A stretch of 64,000 bases of DNA from a virus (Duplodnaviria; Heunggongvirae; Uroviricota; Caudoviricetes), in IMG/VR virus record IMGVR_UViG_3300033146_005641, positions 119,352-183,351 of that record; one strand, written 5' to 3'. The notes under the pieces were generated by a model, which was given only the letters and a program-made list of their open reading frames with translations, was not told the DNA's origin and made no database searches. A program made the translations under genes and the position numbers. Shown one piece after another: positions 28,627 through 38,265 of the stretch (position 1 is the stretch's first letter; the number at the start of each line of letters is the position of its first letter).

Positions 28627-29615
28627 GTCTAAGTGTTGAAAATATATCTCCGTACAGAGAGTATAAACTAATAGATCCTATAAAATCTATGGTTGGGATA
28701 ATGTTACATCCTGTATGTAATATGAAATGTTCTTACTGTTATCAGAAAGATATAATGAGCGTGTCTCAAAAGCAAAAAGATATATATTTAAGCTTTGTAG
28801 AAAAAGCATCAGAGTTTATAAATTTTCTATCTATTAATGGAGAAGACGGAATAGTTGTTTCTATAGAAGGAGGTGAGCCCTTTGTTATGATTGAAGTTTT
28901 AGAAAAGTTTTTAGAAAAATTATCTAATAATAATAAAGATCAAAACACATACCATAAAGAAATAATTATAGTTACTAATATGACTCAATTAGATAGTATG
29001 ATTTATATTTTAGATAAATTTAAAAATTTAAATATAACTCTCAACCCTAGTATTCACTATCATGAAATAGATAAAAAACAATTATATGATACTATTTCTA
29101 ATATATTAAAATTAAAAAAATATATTAAATATGTTAGGGCTATTTTAAAATTAGGCACCGATAGTGTACCTAAAACTCTCAGACCCCTATTAAGAATTCT
29201 AGAAGATAATAATATAGAAGTAGATATAGCCTCTATAATGTTTACTGGTCAAAAAAACGAACTGAATAAGCTATTTAAACTTCCCTCTTTAGAAAAAATG
29301 TCTATAAAAAATCAATTTAAAAATGGTATCTATAATAGTAACGAATTTTTTAATCCTTTAAACACGACTTTAGGTATAAAATGTACATCCTATTGCTGGT
29401 TTATATATTCTAATGGAGATGTAATAATGCACGAATGTAAAAACAGAGGAAAACCGAAAAATATATATACAGACCCTTTCGAAAATATACAAAACATGCC
29501 TAATACAGTAATATGCGGTAGTATGAATTGTGATCAATGTGATTTTTATGATAAATGGGATTCTTGGGAGCAGTGGGGTTGTGAATGGAATCCTAATGAG
29601 GACTATAATAAATGA
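28623..29615 (+). CDS. radical SAM enzyme with SPASM-like C-terminus
   Basis: CNMKCSYCYQ, EGGEPFV, C-terminal CGSMNCDQCDFYD. Confidence 0.75.
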   Translation: MSLSVENISPYREYKLIDPIKSMVGIMLHPVCNMKCSYCYQKDIMSVSQKQKDIYLSFVEKASEFINFLSINGEDGIVVSIEGGEPFVMIEVLEKFLEKLSNNNKDQNTYHKEIIIVTNMTQLDSMIYILDKFKNLNITLNPSIHYHEIDKKQLYDTISNILKLKKYIKYVRAILKLGTDSVPKTLRPLLRILEDNNIEVDIASIMFTGQKNELNKLFKLPSLEKMSIKNQFKNGIYNSNEFFNPLNTTLGIKCTSYCWFIYSNGDVIMHECKNRGKPKNIYTDPFENIQNMPNTVICGSMNCDQCDFYDKWDSWEQWGCEWNPNEDYNK

Positions 29616-30547
29616 TTATAATTTTTCCAATAGAGAACATGCCTAATATAACTTCTCAGTTAGTTGTAGCTATCGAATCTATAATAGACAACTTTAAAAA
29701 TACTAAATACGAGATCATAGTAGTAAATCATAACCACTCTAAACTACCTAAAACTATTTTAAAATATATAGAGTCTAAGAAAGAGGTTAGAATAATACAT
29801 AAAAAATTAACGAATAATAAGTTTTATTATAAGACCGAGAGTCATTTTATGGTAATGCCTGAGGTATTTAATTATGTAGTCGATCATTTTAGAGATGAGA
29901 GTTATTTGTTTTTAGATCCTGATGTGTATGTTAATAAAGACCTACCTCCTATAAATGAAAATGAAACATATGTTTTCAAACAACCTTTAAATTTTGGAGG
30001 CGAGGCTCTAAATTATTGGAATTGTAAAATATTAAATGAAATATATCCTCATCACTATGATACCTTCTTTATATATACTTCTGATAAAGACTTCGCCAAA
30101 AAATGGTTAGGAGAAAGCACTAGAATAGCTAAGATGGGTATTAATCATAAAGATAGAGTAGTAGGAAACAGACTTCAGCATTTTTGCGAAGAGTGTTCTA
30201 TACAAACTCTAATTAATAAAGGATATTCAATAAAAGATGCTAAAGAATTCTTCTTAGCTAATGCATATCTTAACAAAGAAATACAATGGAAAGGGTATAG
30301 TGTTTATCATTATGATTATTCTAAAATCCTAAATATGATGGATATAAATCCTAAATATAAAACTCTATATAGAGTTGTTGGAGGAAGATTAGACGAGGAA
30401 TCTGAAAAGAATTTGACTTTTGATGATAAACTATTAGAATTAGTAAAAAGAGAAATAGATAATTATTTAGAGAAAAATATTAAGCCGTCATTAAAAGAAA
30501 CTCTTTTTATAATGAGATTTGGAAAAGATTATGACTTCTCTGACTAA
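29612..30547 (+). CDS. hypothetical protein, possibly GT-A-like transferase
   Basis: 311 aa. FLDPDVYV acidic motif. No firm family recognised. Confidence 0.35.
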   Translation: MIIIFPIENMPNITSQLVVAIESIIDNFKNTKYEIIVVNHNHSKLPKTILKYIESKKEVRIIHKKLTNNKFYYKTESHFMVMPEVFNYVVDHFRDESYLFLDPDVYVNKDLPPINENETYVFKQPLNFGGEALNYWNCKILNEIYPHHYDTFFIYTSDKDFAKKWLGESTRIAKMGINHKDRVVGNRLQHFCEECSIQTLINKGYSIKDAKEFFLANAYLNKEIQWKGYSVYHYDYSKILNMMDINPKYKTLYRVVGGRLDEESEKNLTFDDKLLELVKREIDNYLEKNIKPSLKETLFIMRFGKDYDFSD

Positions 30548-31244
30548 AAAATCAAAACTAAGAAAAAAAATTATAGAATATAGTATAGAAAATAACCTAG
30601 GACATATTCCTAGTGCATTAAGTATGTTTAATTACTTGTTTTATTTAATCGGAGAGATAGATTTAAGGAAAGCTAATGTAATTATAGGAAAACCTTTCGG
30701 TTCTCAATCTTACTATTTGTTATGGAACTATTTTTATAGTCTAGATATAGATAATTTAAGCTACGGTGTAAAACATGATGAGATATCTTTTATAGATTAT
30801 TCAGAAGAAACTCTAGGAAATGCTTTAGGAGTTGCTGCAGGATATGCTATATCGTCAAATAGAATGACATGGTGTAATATTTCTGATGGAGCTCTTCAAA
30901 TGGGGTCCACCCTAGAAGCTATTCAATTTATAGGAAACAGAAAGTTAAATATTCTACTAACTATAGATTATAATGAAACTCAACTAACAGGAAGGATTGA
31001 AGAAATAATAGGTATGAACGTGAATAATATTTCAGAGTATTTTAAAAGTTTTGGGTGGGATTCTCAAATTATAGATTCTAAAAATATAAGAGAGGGTTTT
31101 TTTAAAAGAATTGCGGAAAACGAAGGTCCTAAAGTAGTTTTTATAAGAACTACGAAGGGTGATGGTATAGAAGAAATGGAGAAGAATCCTAGAGAATGGC
31201 ACTATAAAAAATTAAAGGATATCAATGAGGTTACATTTAAGTAA
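30519..31244 (+). CDS. transketolase N-terminal (TPP-binding) subunit, compact
   Basis: GHIPSALSMFNYLFY (GHxxSxLS) and DGALQMGSTLEAIQFIGNRKLNILLTIDYNETQLTG (GDG...N TPP-binding region). Confidence 0.65.
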   Translation: MEKIMTSLTKKSKLRKKIIEYSIENNLGHIPSALSMFNYLFYLIGEIDLRKANVIIGKPFGSQSYYLLWNYFYSLDIDNLSYGVKHDEISFIDYSEETLGNALGVAAGYAISSNRMTWCNISDGALQMGSTLEAIQFIGNRKLNILLTIDYNETQLTGRIEEIIGMNVNNISEYFKSFGWDSQIIDSKNIREGFFKRIAENEGPKVVFIRTTKGDGIEEMEKNPREWHYKKLKDINEVTFK

Positions 31245-31689
31245 AACTATAGAAAATTGTTATTTTATACACTCTGATATGTGGAACGTAAAAAATTTTC
31301 CTTTTAAAGGTTCTGTAAAGGTTATAAATTGTGGATTAGGAGAAAGTAACTCTCTAAATGTCGCAGGAGGAATAGCTAGAAACAGTAATGATGTTTTTGT
31401 TTATGGTGTAGCAGGGTTTATAATACATAGACTAGAGCAACTAAAATTTAGCTGCAAACATTTTGGAGCTGAAAGAGGAAAAATAATATTAGTAAATGCT
31501 GGGAAAGTAGGATACGAATCTTTCGGTATAGGTCATAGACTAGATGATGATGAAGAAATATGTAATATATTAGGAATAAAATTCTTTGATCCTGAAGATA
31601 TAGATGATTTTGATAATATACTAAAATTTATTAAAAAAGAAAAAAGAGGTATATATTATATAAGATTAGGAAAAGATTATGAAAAATAA
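31225..31689 (+). CDS. transketolase C-terminal (pyrimidine-binding) section, compact
   Basis: Overlaps the N-terminal subunit by 20 nt. GESNSLNVAGGIARNSNDVFVYGVAGFI resembles the transketolase Pyr domain. Only 154 aa. Confidence 0.5.
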   Translation: MRLHLSKTIENCYFIHSDMWNVKNFPFKGSVKVINCGLGESNSLNVAGGIARNSNDVFVYGVAGFIIHRLEQLKFSCKHFGAERGKIILVNAGKVGYESFGIGHRLDDDEEICNILGIKFFDPEDIDDFDNILKFIKKEKRGIYYIRLGKDYEK

Positions 31690-32293
31690 TGATGAATTTT
31701 TAGAAATTTTTGAAAAGAGACTTTCAGAATTTACTGGAGCCCCTTATGTGGTGCTTACTGATAGGTGTACTAATGCTATATTGTTATCTTTAATAGCTAC
31801 AGATGTTAAAGAAGTAAGAATTCCTAATAATACATATTTAAGCGTACCTATGACTTTAATAAACTATGGAATAGATGTTTTTTTTGAAAATTATTATTGG
31901 GAAGAAGAATATTTATTATCGGGTAGTAGAGTGTTTGATTCCGCAGTAGGATTTAAAGAAAATATGTATAATCATCATCAGGACTCCATTCAATGTGTTA
32001 GTTTTCAACAGAAAAAAAGATTAAATATTGGAAGAGGAGGTGCTATATTATTAGATGATTATGAATTGTACTTAAAGCTCCAGAGAATGGTTCACGACGG
32101 AAGAAGAAGAGGAATATCTTCTAAACTTGAAGTAGAGAATTTTCCTGATGATATTATGTTAGGCTATCATATGAATATGATTCCTGATGAGGCTGCTAGA
32201 GGCATATTAATATTAAATCAATTAACAGAATATAAAAAACAATCATATAAAAATTATCCAGATATAAGCAAATTAAAATGCTTTAAGAAATAA
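31679..32293 (+). CDS. DegT/DnrJ/EryC1-like PLP-dependent sugar aminotransferase or dehydratase, compact
   Basis: FEKRLSEFTGAPYVVLTDRCTNAILLSL (compare FEeeFAeylGvkhavavsSGTaALhLAL) and SFQQKKRLNIGRGGAIL (compare SFHatKnittGEGGai, the PLP-Lys region). Only 204 aa versus ~370 typical. Confidence 0.5.
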   Translation: MKNNDEFLEIFEKRLSEFTGAPYVVLTDRCTNAILLSLIATDVKEVRIPNNTYLSVPMTLINYGIDVFFENYYWEEEYLLSGSRVFDSAVGFKENMYNHHQDSIQCVSFQQKKRLNIGRGGAILLDDYELYLKLQRMVHDGRRRGISSKLEVENFPDDIMLGYHMNMIPDEAARGILILNQLTEYKKQSYKNYPDISKLKCFKK

Positions 32294-32334
32294 TTTATAA
32301 AATTATTATATAATAAGGTATAAAAAGGAAATAG

Positions 32335-32982
32335 ATGTCTAGAATAATGATAATTGTATCACATATTGATGACGAAATCTTTTCGATGGGTGGAACTATT
32401 CATAAACTTTCAAAAAACAATGAAATTGAAATTCTATTTGTTTGTGAGGGGTCTCCAAAACTTATGTCTATAAAAAATTTTATTAAAAGAAAAAAAGTCA
32501 CTAAAAAATATAAAAAACATAATATAGAATTTTTAAACCTGGAGTACGAAGATACTACTTTAGACATTTTTTCATTATCTGAAATTATAAAAAGAATTCA
32601 ATATGTATATGATGAATTTAGTCCTGACATAGTTTTTACCCACTCTGAAGATATACATCCTGATCATTGTATAGTTTCTAAAGTGGTGTCGATAATCACT
32701 CGTCCTAAAAATAACAGTATCAAGAAACTATATCATTTTTCTATTCCTGGTAATAATGAATGGAACGGATATAGTTTTAAACCTAATACTTATGTTGAGT
32801 TGGGAGAAGATGATATAAAATTCAAACATAAATTTATAAACTATTATAATAATATTTTAGGGTATAAAAATCCACACCCTCTAAGTTCAGAAAAGATAAA
32901 AGCTAAAGATGAATACACGGGAAGTATAATTAATACGGAATATGCAGAAGCGTTTGAATTAAAATTTGATAGGAGCTTATAA
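32335..32982 (+). CDS. LmbE/PIG-L family N-acetylglucosaminyl deacetylase
   Basis: MIIVSHIDDEIFSMGGTIHKL (the [AH]HPDDE zinc motif region) and HPDH later. Confidence 0.65.
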   Translation: MSRIMIIVSHIDDEIFSMGGTIHKLSKNNEIEILFVCEGSPKLMSIKNFIKRKKVTKKYKKHNIEFLNLEYEDTTLDIFSLSEIIKRIQYVYDEFSPDIVFTHSEDIHPDHCIVSKVVSIITRPKNNSIKKLYHFSIPGNNEWNGYSFKPNTYVELGEDDIKFKHKFINYYNNILGYKNPHPLSSEKIKAKDEYTGSIINTEYAEAFELKFDRSL

Positions 32983-33846
32983 TTGAATATATGTATTACT
33001 GGAGGAGAGGGTTTTATAGGTAAGGCTCTCAAAAAACAATTAGAAAAAAATCATAAAGTTTTTACGGTAGATATTAAAGGTGAGCCTAGTATTAGGTTTG
33101 ATTTATCTGAAGATAAAGAGAATTTTTCTACTCATCTTATACATTTATTAAAACACTGCGATGTATTATATCATTTCGCTTCGAGTATCGGCGTAGAATA
33201 TATAGAGAAGGATAAAGATTCCTTTAAAAATTCTATTAAGATAAATGAAAATATACTAGAATTTATTAATCCTGAAGCAAAAATTATCTTTGCTAGTACT
33301 TCAGAGGTTTATGGTTCTGCTTATCACGAGTTTGATGAGAGAGATGATTTAAAGATATTAAGTCCTACTAAAGGAATTAGAGGATCTTATGCAACGCAAA
33401 AAATTCTTGGTGAATTTATGTTTATGAATTCAGGAAATCCATATACTATTGTTAGGTTTTTTAACGTAATTGGAAAAGATCAAAATCCCGATATTGGAAT
33501 GGTATATCCTAGATTCTTAAAAGCTGCTAAGGAGAATAAACCTTTAGAAGTATTCGGAACAGGCAATGAGATGAGATCATATTGTAGTATTAAAGATGCT
33601 GTAAATGTTTTAGAACTTTTATTAAATGAGATGGATAATGAAATTTTAAATATAGGTGCGGAAAATGTCTATAGTACGGCTTCTTTAACTAGAACTATCA
33701 TAGATGTAACTAATAGTTCTTCCGTTATAGTTTATAAAGATTCTAGATGTCAAGAGATTAAATCCAGAAGACCTAAGCTAGATAAAATGTATTCTATATA
33801 TAGGCCTAAATATTCATTAACAGATATTATCAAGGAAGAACATTGA
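32983..33846 (+). CDS. NAD-dependent epimerase/dehydratase (extended SDR), apparent TTG start
   Basis: ICITGGEGFIGKAL Rossmann motif. Catalytic YxxxK as SYATQKILGE. ASTSEVYG resembles the conserved S-x-x-VYG. Confidence 0.7.
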   Translation: MNICITGGEGFIGKALKKQLEKNHKVFTVDIKGEPSIRFDLSEDKENFSTHLIHLLKHCDVLYHFASSIGVEYIEKDKDSFKNSIKINENILEFINPEAKIIFASTSEVYGSAYHEFDERDDLKILSPTKGIRGSYATQKILGEFMFMNSGNPYTIVRFFNVIGKDQNPDIGMVYPRFLKAAKENKPLEVFGTGNEMRSYCSIKDAVNVLELLLNEMDNEILNIGAENVYSTASLTRTIIDVTNSSSVIVYKDSRCQEIKSRRPKLDKMYSIYRPKYSLTDIIKEEH

Positions 33847-34400
33847 AAAAAGTTATAGAAATACATGAGGTGAATTTAGACATTATTAAAAAAATTATTA
33901 AATTAGATTTAAAAAATTGTGTGTTAACGTTTGATGATGGGTTAGCATCCCAATGGCATTTTATAAATGATTTAATAGCTTTAGATGTACCTAAAATATT
34001 TTTTATTAGTACAGATATTATATGTACCAGAATCGATAATCAATCTAAAGAATTTATAACGTGTTCAGAAGCACATAAAAAGGCCTTTAAGGGCAATAAA
34101 GAAAATTATATGACATGGGGTCAAATAAAAACAATATCTAAACTACCTAATTGCTATATTGGAGGACATTCTCATAAACATCAGGCGTACTCTGTAACGC
34201 CTCTAAAAGATTTATACATCAGTCTATCAGACGATTCTGAAAATATGTTAGAGGAGTTTAAAAATAAAAATATTAAAATAGATAAATTTTGTTTTCCCTA
34301 CAATGAAGACTATGACGGAATATATAGAATCCTTTTATCTAAATTAGGTATAGAGAAGTTTTACGGTAAAGGAAGAATTAGTATAGAAGATATAGAATGA
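33843..34400 (+). CDS. polysaccharide deacetylase (NodB-homology) domain protein, apparent TTG start
   Basis: CVLTFDDG motif 1, later GGHSHKH (His-rich metal motif). Confidence 0.55.
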   Translation: MKKVIEIHEVNLDIIKKIIKLDLKNCVLTFDDGLASQWHFINDLIALDVPKIFFISTDIICTRIDNQSKEFITCSEAHKKAFKGNKENYMTWGQIKTISKLPNCYIGGHSHKHQAYSVTPLKDLYISLSDDSENMLEEFKNKNIKIDKFCFPYNEDYDGIYRILLSKLGIEKFYGKGRISIEDIE

Positions 34401-34523
34401 AAAAAGAATTATTATATTTAATAATATTTACAAGGATTAGAACAATGTGCAGAAAACCTGATGATAAAATCACTAGAATTATATGAGTAAAATATATATA
34501 ACGACTATTAGAAGAGGAAGAAA

Positions 34524-35261
34524 ATGATAGGAATTGTAGGATTAGGATATGTAGGAAGTGCCGTTTATTCATCTATTAGAAGTAAAGATGATGTTTTAAT
34601 TTATGACGTAAAAGACGATATTAAAACTCACTCTTTAGTAGAACTAAAAAATAATTGTAAAGCAATTTTTGTATGTGTACCAACACCCTCTAAAGACTCA
34701 GGAGAGATTGAGGATAGTATAGTTTTAAATTTATTAGGAGAATTAAAAGATTATGCTAAGAATAATTTAGTTATTCTAAAGAGTACTATTCTATCGAATA
34801 GAATCCCTCGTATTAGAGGTCTTGTTTATAATCCTGAATTTCTTAACGAAAGAACACATATAGAAGATTTTAGGAATCAGGATTATATAGTTCTAGGAGG
34901 TAATATACAAGATACATCTAGAGCTCAAATGATATATGAGGATTATTTTGAATTAGACGATGTTAAATATGAACACTGTTCTATAGAAGAAGCTAGCTTT
35001 TTAAAATATTTTAATAATATATATGGTGCTTATAAAATATTATTCTGGGAGTTTGTACACGATATTACAAGAGATTCTAGAAAGATTAGTCAAATGATGA
35101 GAAATCTTCCAGAACCTAGAATGGATATTGTAGGTTTAGATGGACAGAGAGGATTCGGAGGAGCATGTTTTCCAAAAGATGTAAAAGCTTTTAATTATGA
35201 TTTTGAACATGTTCTAACTAAGTTTATGTTAGAGTACAACTCAAAAATCTCCTCTATTTAG
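34524..35261 (+). CDS. UDP-glucose/GDP-mannose dehydrogenase-family protein, compact
   Basis: IGIVGLGYVGSAV NAD-binding N-terminus, IFVCVPTPS (ICVPTP motif), and catalytic-Cys signature GGACFPKD (compare GGSCFPKD). 245 aa versus ~400 typical. Confidence 0.65.
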   Translation: MIGIVGLGYVGSAVYSSIRSKDDVLIYDVKDDIKTHSLVELKNNCKAIFVCVPTPSKDSGEIEDSIVLNLLGELKDYAKNNLVILKSTILSNRIPRIRGLVYNPEFLNERTHIEDFRNQDYIVLGGNIQDTSRAQMIYEDYFELDDVKYEHCSIEEASFLKYFNNIYGAYKILFWEFVHDITRDSRKISQMMRNLPEPRMDIVGLDGQRGFGGACFPKDVKAFNYDFEHVLTKFMLEYNSKISSI

Positions 35262-37148
35262 TCTATCTATATAGTTCATCTTATCATCCCAATCATTAGA
35301 ATTTCTTATAGCTTCTATGAGGGATGATTTATCATAATAACTATCTTCGCTACCATCATCAAATCCACCAGTACCCTCTAACATAGAATAAAAATCTTCT
35401 ACAGTTACGCCCTCTTCATCATCTTCTAAATCTAATCTCAAAGATCTTAAAAATAAACTTAAATCATCATAAGCTTTTAGATGTAAAAAAGGAGCAAAAG
35501 ATATAGCTAAAGCCATTACCATATCGTCATGATATCCCTCATCTGCTTCAAATTTTTTACCCGATTTATTAATAAAATTATAAAATTCTTTTATGGTATC
35601 TTCATCATTAATAATTAACTTATTTTCTTCTATGAATACTCTCATCATGTTTATAATTGAGGGACGAGATTTAGTAGTAGTTCTAAAGCCCGGATATTTC
35701 TTGTATTTTTTATCTTGAGGATCTCTGTCTCTATATAAATTTTCGTATTCATATTCTCCATACATCATATCGGCTATTGATTGACCCGCTCCTTCATTAT
35801 TTTCTATAATCATAAAAGCTTCATTATAATAATTACCTAATTCATTTAGACTTTCAGGCATCATTAAATAATCTACGTCTAACTTTGCTGACGCTGCTTG
35901 AACAAATGGAAATTTAGTAATATTAATAACTTGAATAGCAAAAGAATCTAATCCGTCTTTTGCAGGATCGACAGCAACTATATAGTGATTTTTTGGTTTT
36001 GGTTCTTCATAAATTTTAATACCGTTTAATACAGTATTTTCTTTAATAGGATTTTTAGCTTCTAATCTTTTTAACGTATCTGAACTTAATAGGGTATCAG
36101 CAGACCCTAAAAATTCATTTTCTTCAGTTTGAGCAAAGAATTTTTCTCCAAATCTTTTAATAGTAATTTCTTTATATTTATCCGGATCTAGAGGATTTCC
36201 TTTTTTATCATAGTGAGGAACCTCCTCCCAGTTATTAGATATTAGTCTATAACCATTATTACCATTTCTAGCACCATCTACAATTTGCTTCCAGTGATTC
36301 ATACCATTAGCAGTACTCGTTAATATAGTTTGTTTAAAGGCTAGTGAGTTCATGGTCGGAAAGATAGAATCTGTAAATTCTTCCCAGTCGTTAAGAGGAA
36401 TATAGGCTGCCTCATCCACATACACAACATTAACAGTAAATCCACGAAAAGCATCGCCCGAAGGTACATCTGTTAATACTCTATTCCTAGATTCAGATTC
36501 TATTTGAGTCTTATTCCATACTTCGATATTAGGCGTCATCCAAATTGGAAGCTCTAATAAAATCTTCTTAAGCTTACCTATAACTTCTTTTGATCCTGAT
36601 GCTTTATTAGCAACAATACCTATCGTAGTAGGGTTATCTCTAAAAGCAAATAACCATAAAAGGTATGTAGAAGTGGAAATGGTTTTTCCAGATTGACGCG
36701 AAAACAGAATAACTAGATCTTCACCATCTTTTAAAGCCTCTTCAAGATCTTTTTGATAGCTTCTTGATTCGGGTCTAGCTAGACCCTCCTTAGTCATAAT
36801 AAAACAGTAATTATATCTAAAATATAAGAAATCTTTCTCACATTTTTCATATTCTATTTTATGGAGAGGTGTCATCTTCATTTCGGTTTTAGGTTTCTTT
36901 AAGGACCTATTTCCATTATATGAAACTGCTCTTCCATATTTATCAACATAATAACCCACTTCGTTTTTAGGAGAGTCTAAAAGATTAAGAAGGCCATCGT
37001 GTTCTTCGTGAGTAAAGGTATAGGTAGATTTTAGAAATTTTTGAAATTTTTCATCTTCGGATAAAATTTCTTGAAGATCTAGGAGAGCCTCTTTATCTTC
37101 TATTTTAGAAAGTTTAGTTAATAATTTTTTATATTTTTTAACATTCAT
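35241..37148 (-). CDS. 17: terminase large subunit (T4 gp17 homolog)
   Basis: Walker A SRQSGKT (T4: SRQLGKT), Walker B YVDEAAYI, nuclease-domain acidic motifs VAVDPAKDGLD. Confidence 0.9.
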   Translation of the reverse strand: MNVKKYKKLLTKLSKIEDKEALLDLQEILSEDEKFQKFLKSTYTFTHEEHDGLLNLLDSPKNEVGYYVDKYGRAVSYNGNRSLKKPKTEMKMTPLHKIEYEKCEKDFLYFRYNYCFIMTKEGLARPESRSYQKDLEEALKDGEDLVILFSRQSGKTISTSTYLLWLFAFRDNPTTIGIVANKASGSKEVIGKLKKILLELPIWMTPNIEVWNKTQIESESRNRVLTDVPSGDAFRGFTVNVVYVDEAAYIPLNDWEEFTDSIFPTMNSLAFKQTILTSTANGMNHWKQIVDGARNGNNGYRLISNNWEEVPHYDKKGNPLDPDKYKEITIKRFGEKFFAQTEENEFLGSADTLLSSDTLKRLEAKNPIKENTVLNGIKIYEEPKPKNHYIVAVDPAKDGLDSFAIQVINITKFPFVQAASAKLDVDYLMMPESLNELGNYYNEAFMIIENNEGAGQSIADMMYGEYEYENLYRDRDPQDKKYKKYPGFRTTTKSRPSIINMMRVFIEENKLIINDEDTIKEFYNFINKSGKKFEADEGYHDDMVMALAISFAPFLHLKAYDDLSLFLRSLRLDLEDDEEGVTVEDFYSMLEGTGGFDDGSEDSYYDKSSLIEAIRNSNDWDDKMNYIDRLNRGDF

Positions 37149-37160
37149 ACAATATTTATA

Positions 37161-37949
37161 TTAATACTGATTTAGGCTAACTCTCGAAAATTCATCTTTT
37201 GATATATGTCCTAGATATTTGTATCCTGCTTTTTCAGTATAGTATCGAGCCATAGAATAGTCATATTGAAATTTATTAGCTTCTATTGAATAAACTCCTA
37301 AAATTTTAAATCTATTCATTACTATTTCATCATGTTTATAATCGGTTTTATTATTCTCTAAAAATTCCTTTATAATATCTATATAAATTTTATTTTGTAA
37401 AAGAGATTCTACGTGTTTTATATAAAAATCTTTAGCTTGTTTCTTTTCTTTAGGTTTTAGTTTTGACCAATAATCACAGATAAATTTCTCATCTATATCT
37501 TCTTGAGTCATCTCGAGATTAAAAGTATTGTTCATATAATTAGCTAGTTTTTTAGAAAAAGCATCCCAAATAAAATTATATTTTTTTCTATTGTTTTGTA
37601 TTGTTTCTAAATTAATCCATCTCATTCCAGATTTATCTAAATGAGTAAAAGCATCCTTTTCCGAATTTAAAACAACATTACCTTCTAATTTTACTAAAAC
37701 ATCCGGTTTTATATTTACATTTTGAATTACCGAACCCATTCCTTTAGAAAACGTACTGATAGATTTTAGACCTTTAATTTTTTTAAGACCTGGAAGATAT
37801 TCTAAAGAAGTAAGATGAAAAGATTCCTGATTTCTTCCTCCTCCAAGAAGCTTAGAAACTGTAGAGGTTAGAGGTAGGAAAGCGTATTCTAAAAGATTAC
37901 AATCTTCTTTATAATGACTTGCTCTCTCAGTAAACAATTCTCTAAACAT
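37161..37949 (-). CDS. hypothetical protein at the position where a terminase small subunit is expected; N-terminus MFRELFTE
   Basis: Immediately upstream of TerL in the same orientation. No TerS motif recognised. Shares the MxFKxLFxE N-terminal family motif. Confidence 0.3.
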   Translation of the reverse strand: MFRELFTERASHYKEDCNLLEYAFLPLTSTVSKLLGGGRNQESFHLTSLEYLPGLKKIKGLKSISTFSKGMGSVIQNVNIKPDVLVKLEGNVVLNSEKDAFTHLDKSGMRWINLETIQNNRKKYNFIWDAFSKKLANYMNNTFNLEMTQEDIDEKFICDYWSKLKPKEKKQAKDFYIKHVESLLQNKIYIDIIKEFLENNKTDYKHDEIVMNRFKILGVYSIEANKFQYDYSMARYYTEKAGYKYLGHISKDEFSRVSLNQY

Positions 37950-37970
37950 CTTTTTCCTTTTGTTTAATTA

Positions 37971-38201
37971 CTATATCCATTCGTAATTATATACAGGACG
38001 CGAATAAGATTTAGTATCTATGTATACTCTCATTTTACCTGCTTTACCTTTAGTCTCATAGGTAAACTCTGGTTCGAAGTCGTCGTCAATATGAATCGGT
38101 AATTTTTTAAGATTATATTTTTTTTTAATCTCTTTCATAAGTTTAATCTCATCAGTCATATCGTCAGATTCAGTAAACAATTTTTTAAAACTTAGCTGCA
38201 T
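37971..38201 (-). CDS. small protein with FKKLFTE N-terminal motif
   Basis: MQLSFKKLFTESDDMTDEIKL... Confidence 0.4.
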   Translation of the reverse strand: MQLSFKKLFTESDDMTDEIKLMKEIKKKYNLKKLPIHIDDDFEPEFTYETKGKAGKMRVYIDTKSYSRPVYNYEWI

Positions 38202-38265
38202 TTTAACCTCTTATATACTTTATTTTATTTATAAATATATTAAATAAATTTAAATAGGCGTAGAA

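Noticed and set aside
23881-35261. The island as a 7-deazaguanine (dADG/archaeosine-type) DNA modification pathway.
   Set aside because: No QueC, QueD, FolE or DpdA-like signatures are recognised. The radical SAM enzymes carry SPASM-type C-termini unlike QueE, and the amidinotransferase-fold enzyme is not of the ArcS type. A sugar or aminocyclitol pathway fits the gene set better, though DNA modification by another route is not excluded.
37161-37949. Terminase small subunit call for the gene upstream of TerL.
   Set aside because: Position fits, but there is no recognisable TerS motif. The N-terminus instead matches the MxFKxLFxE family, so it is kept as hypothetical.
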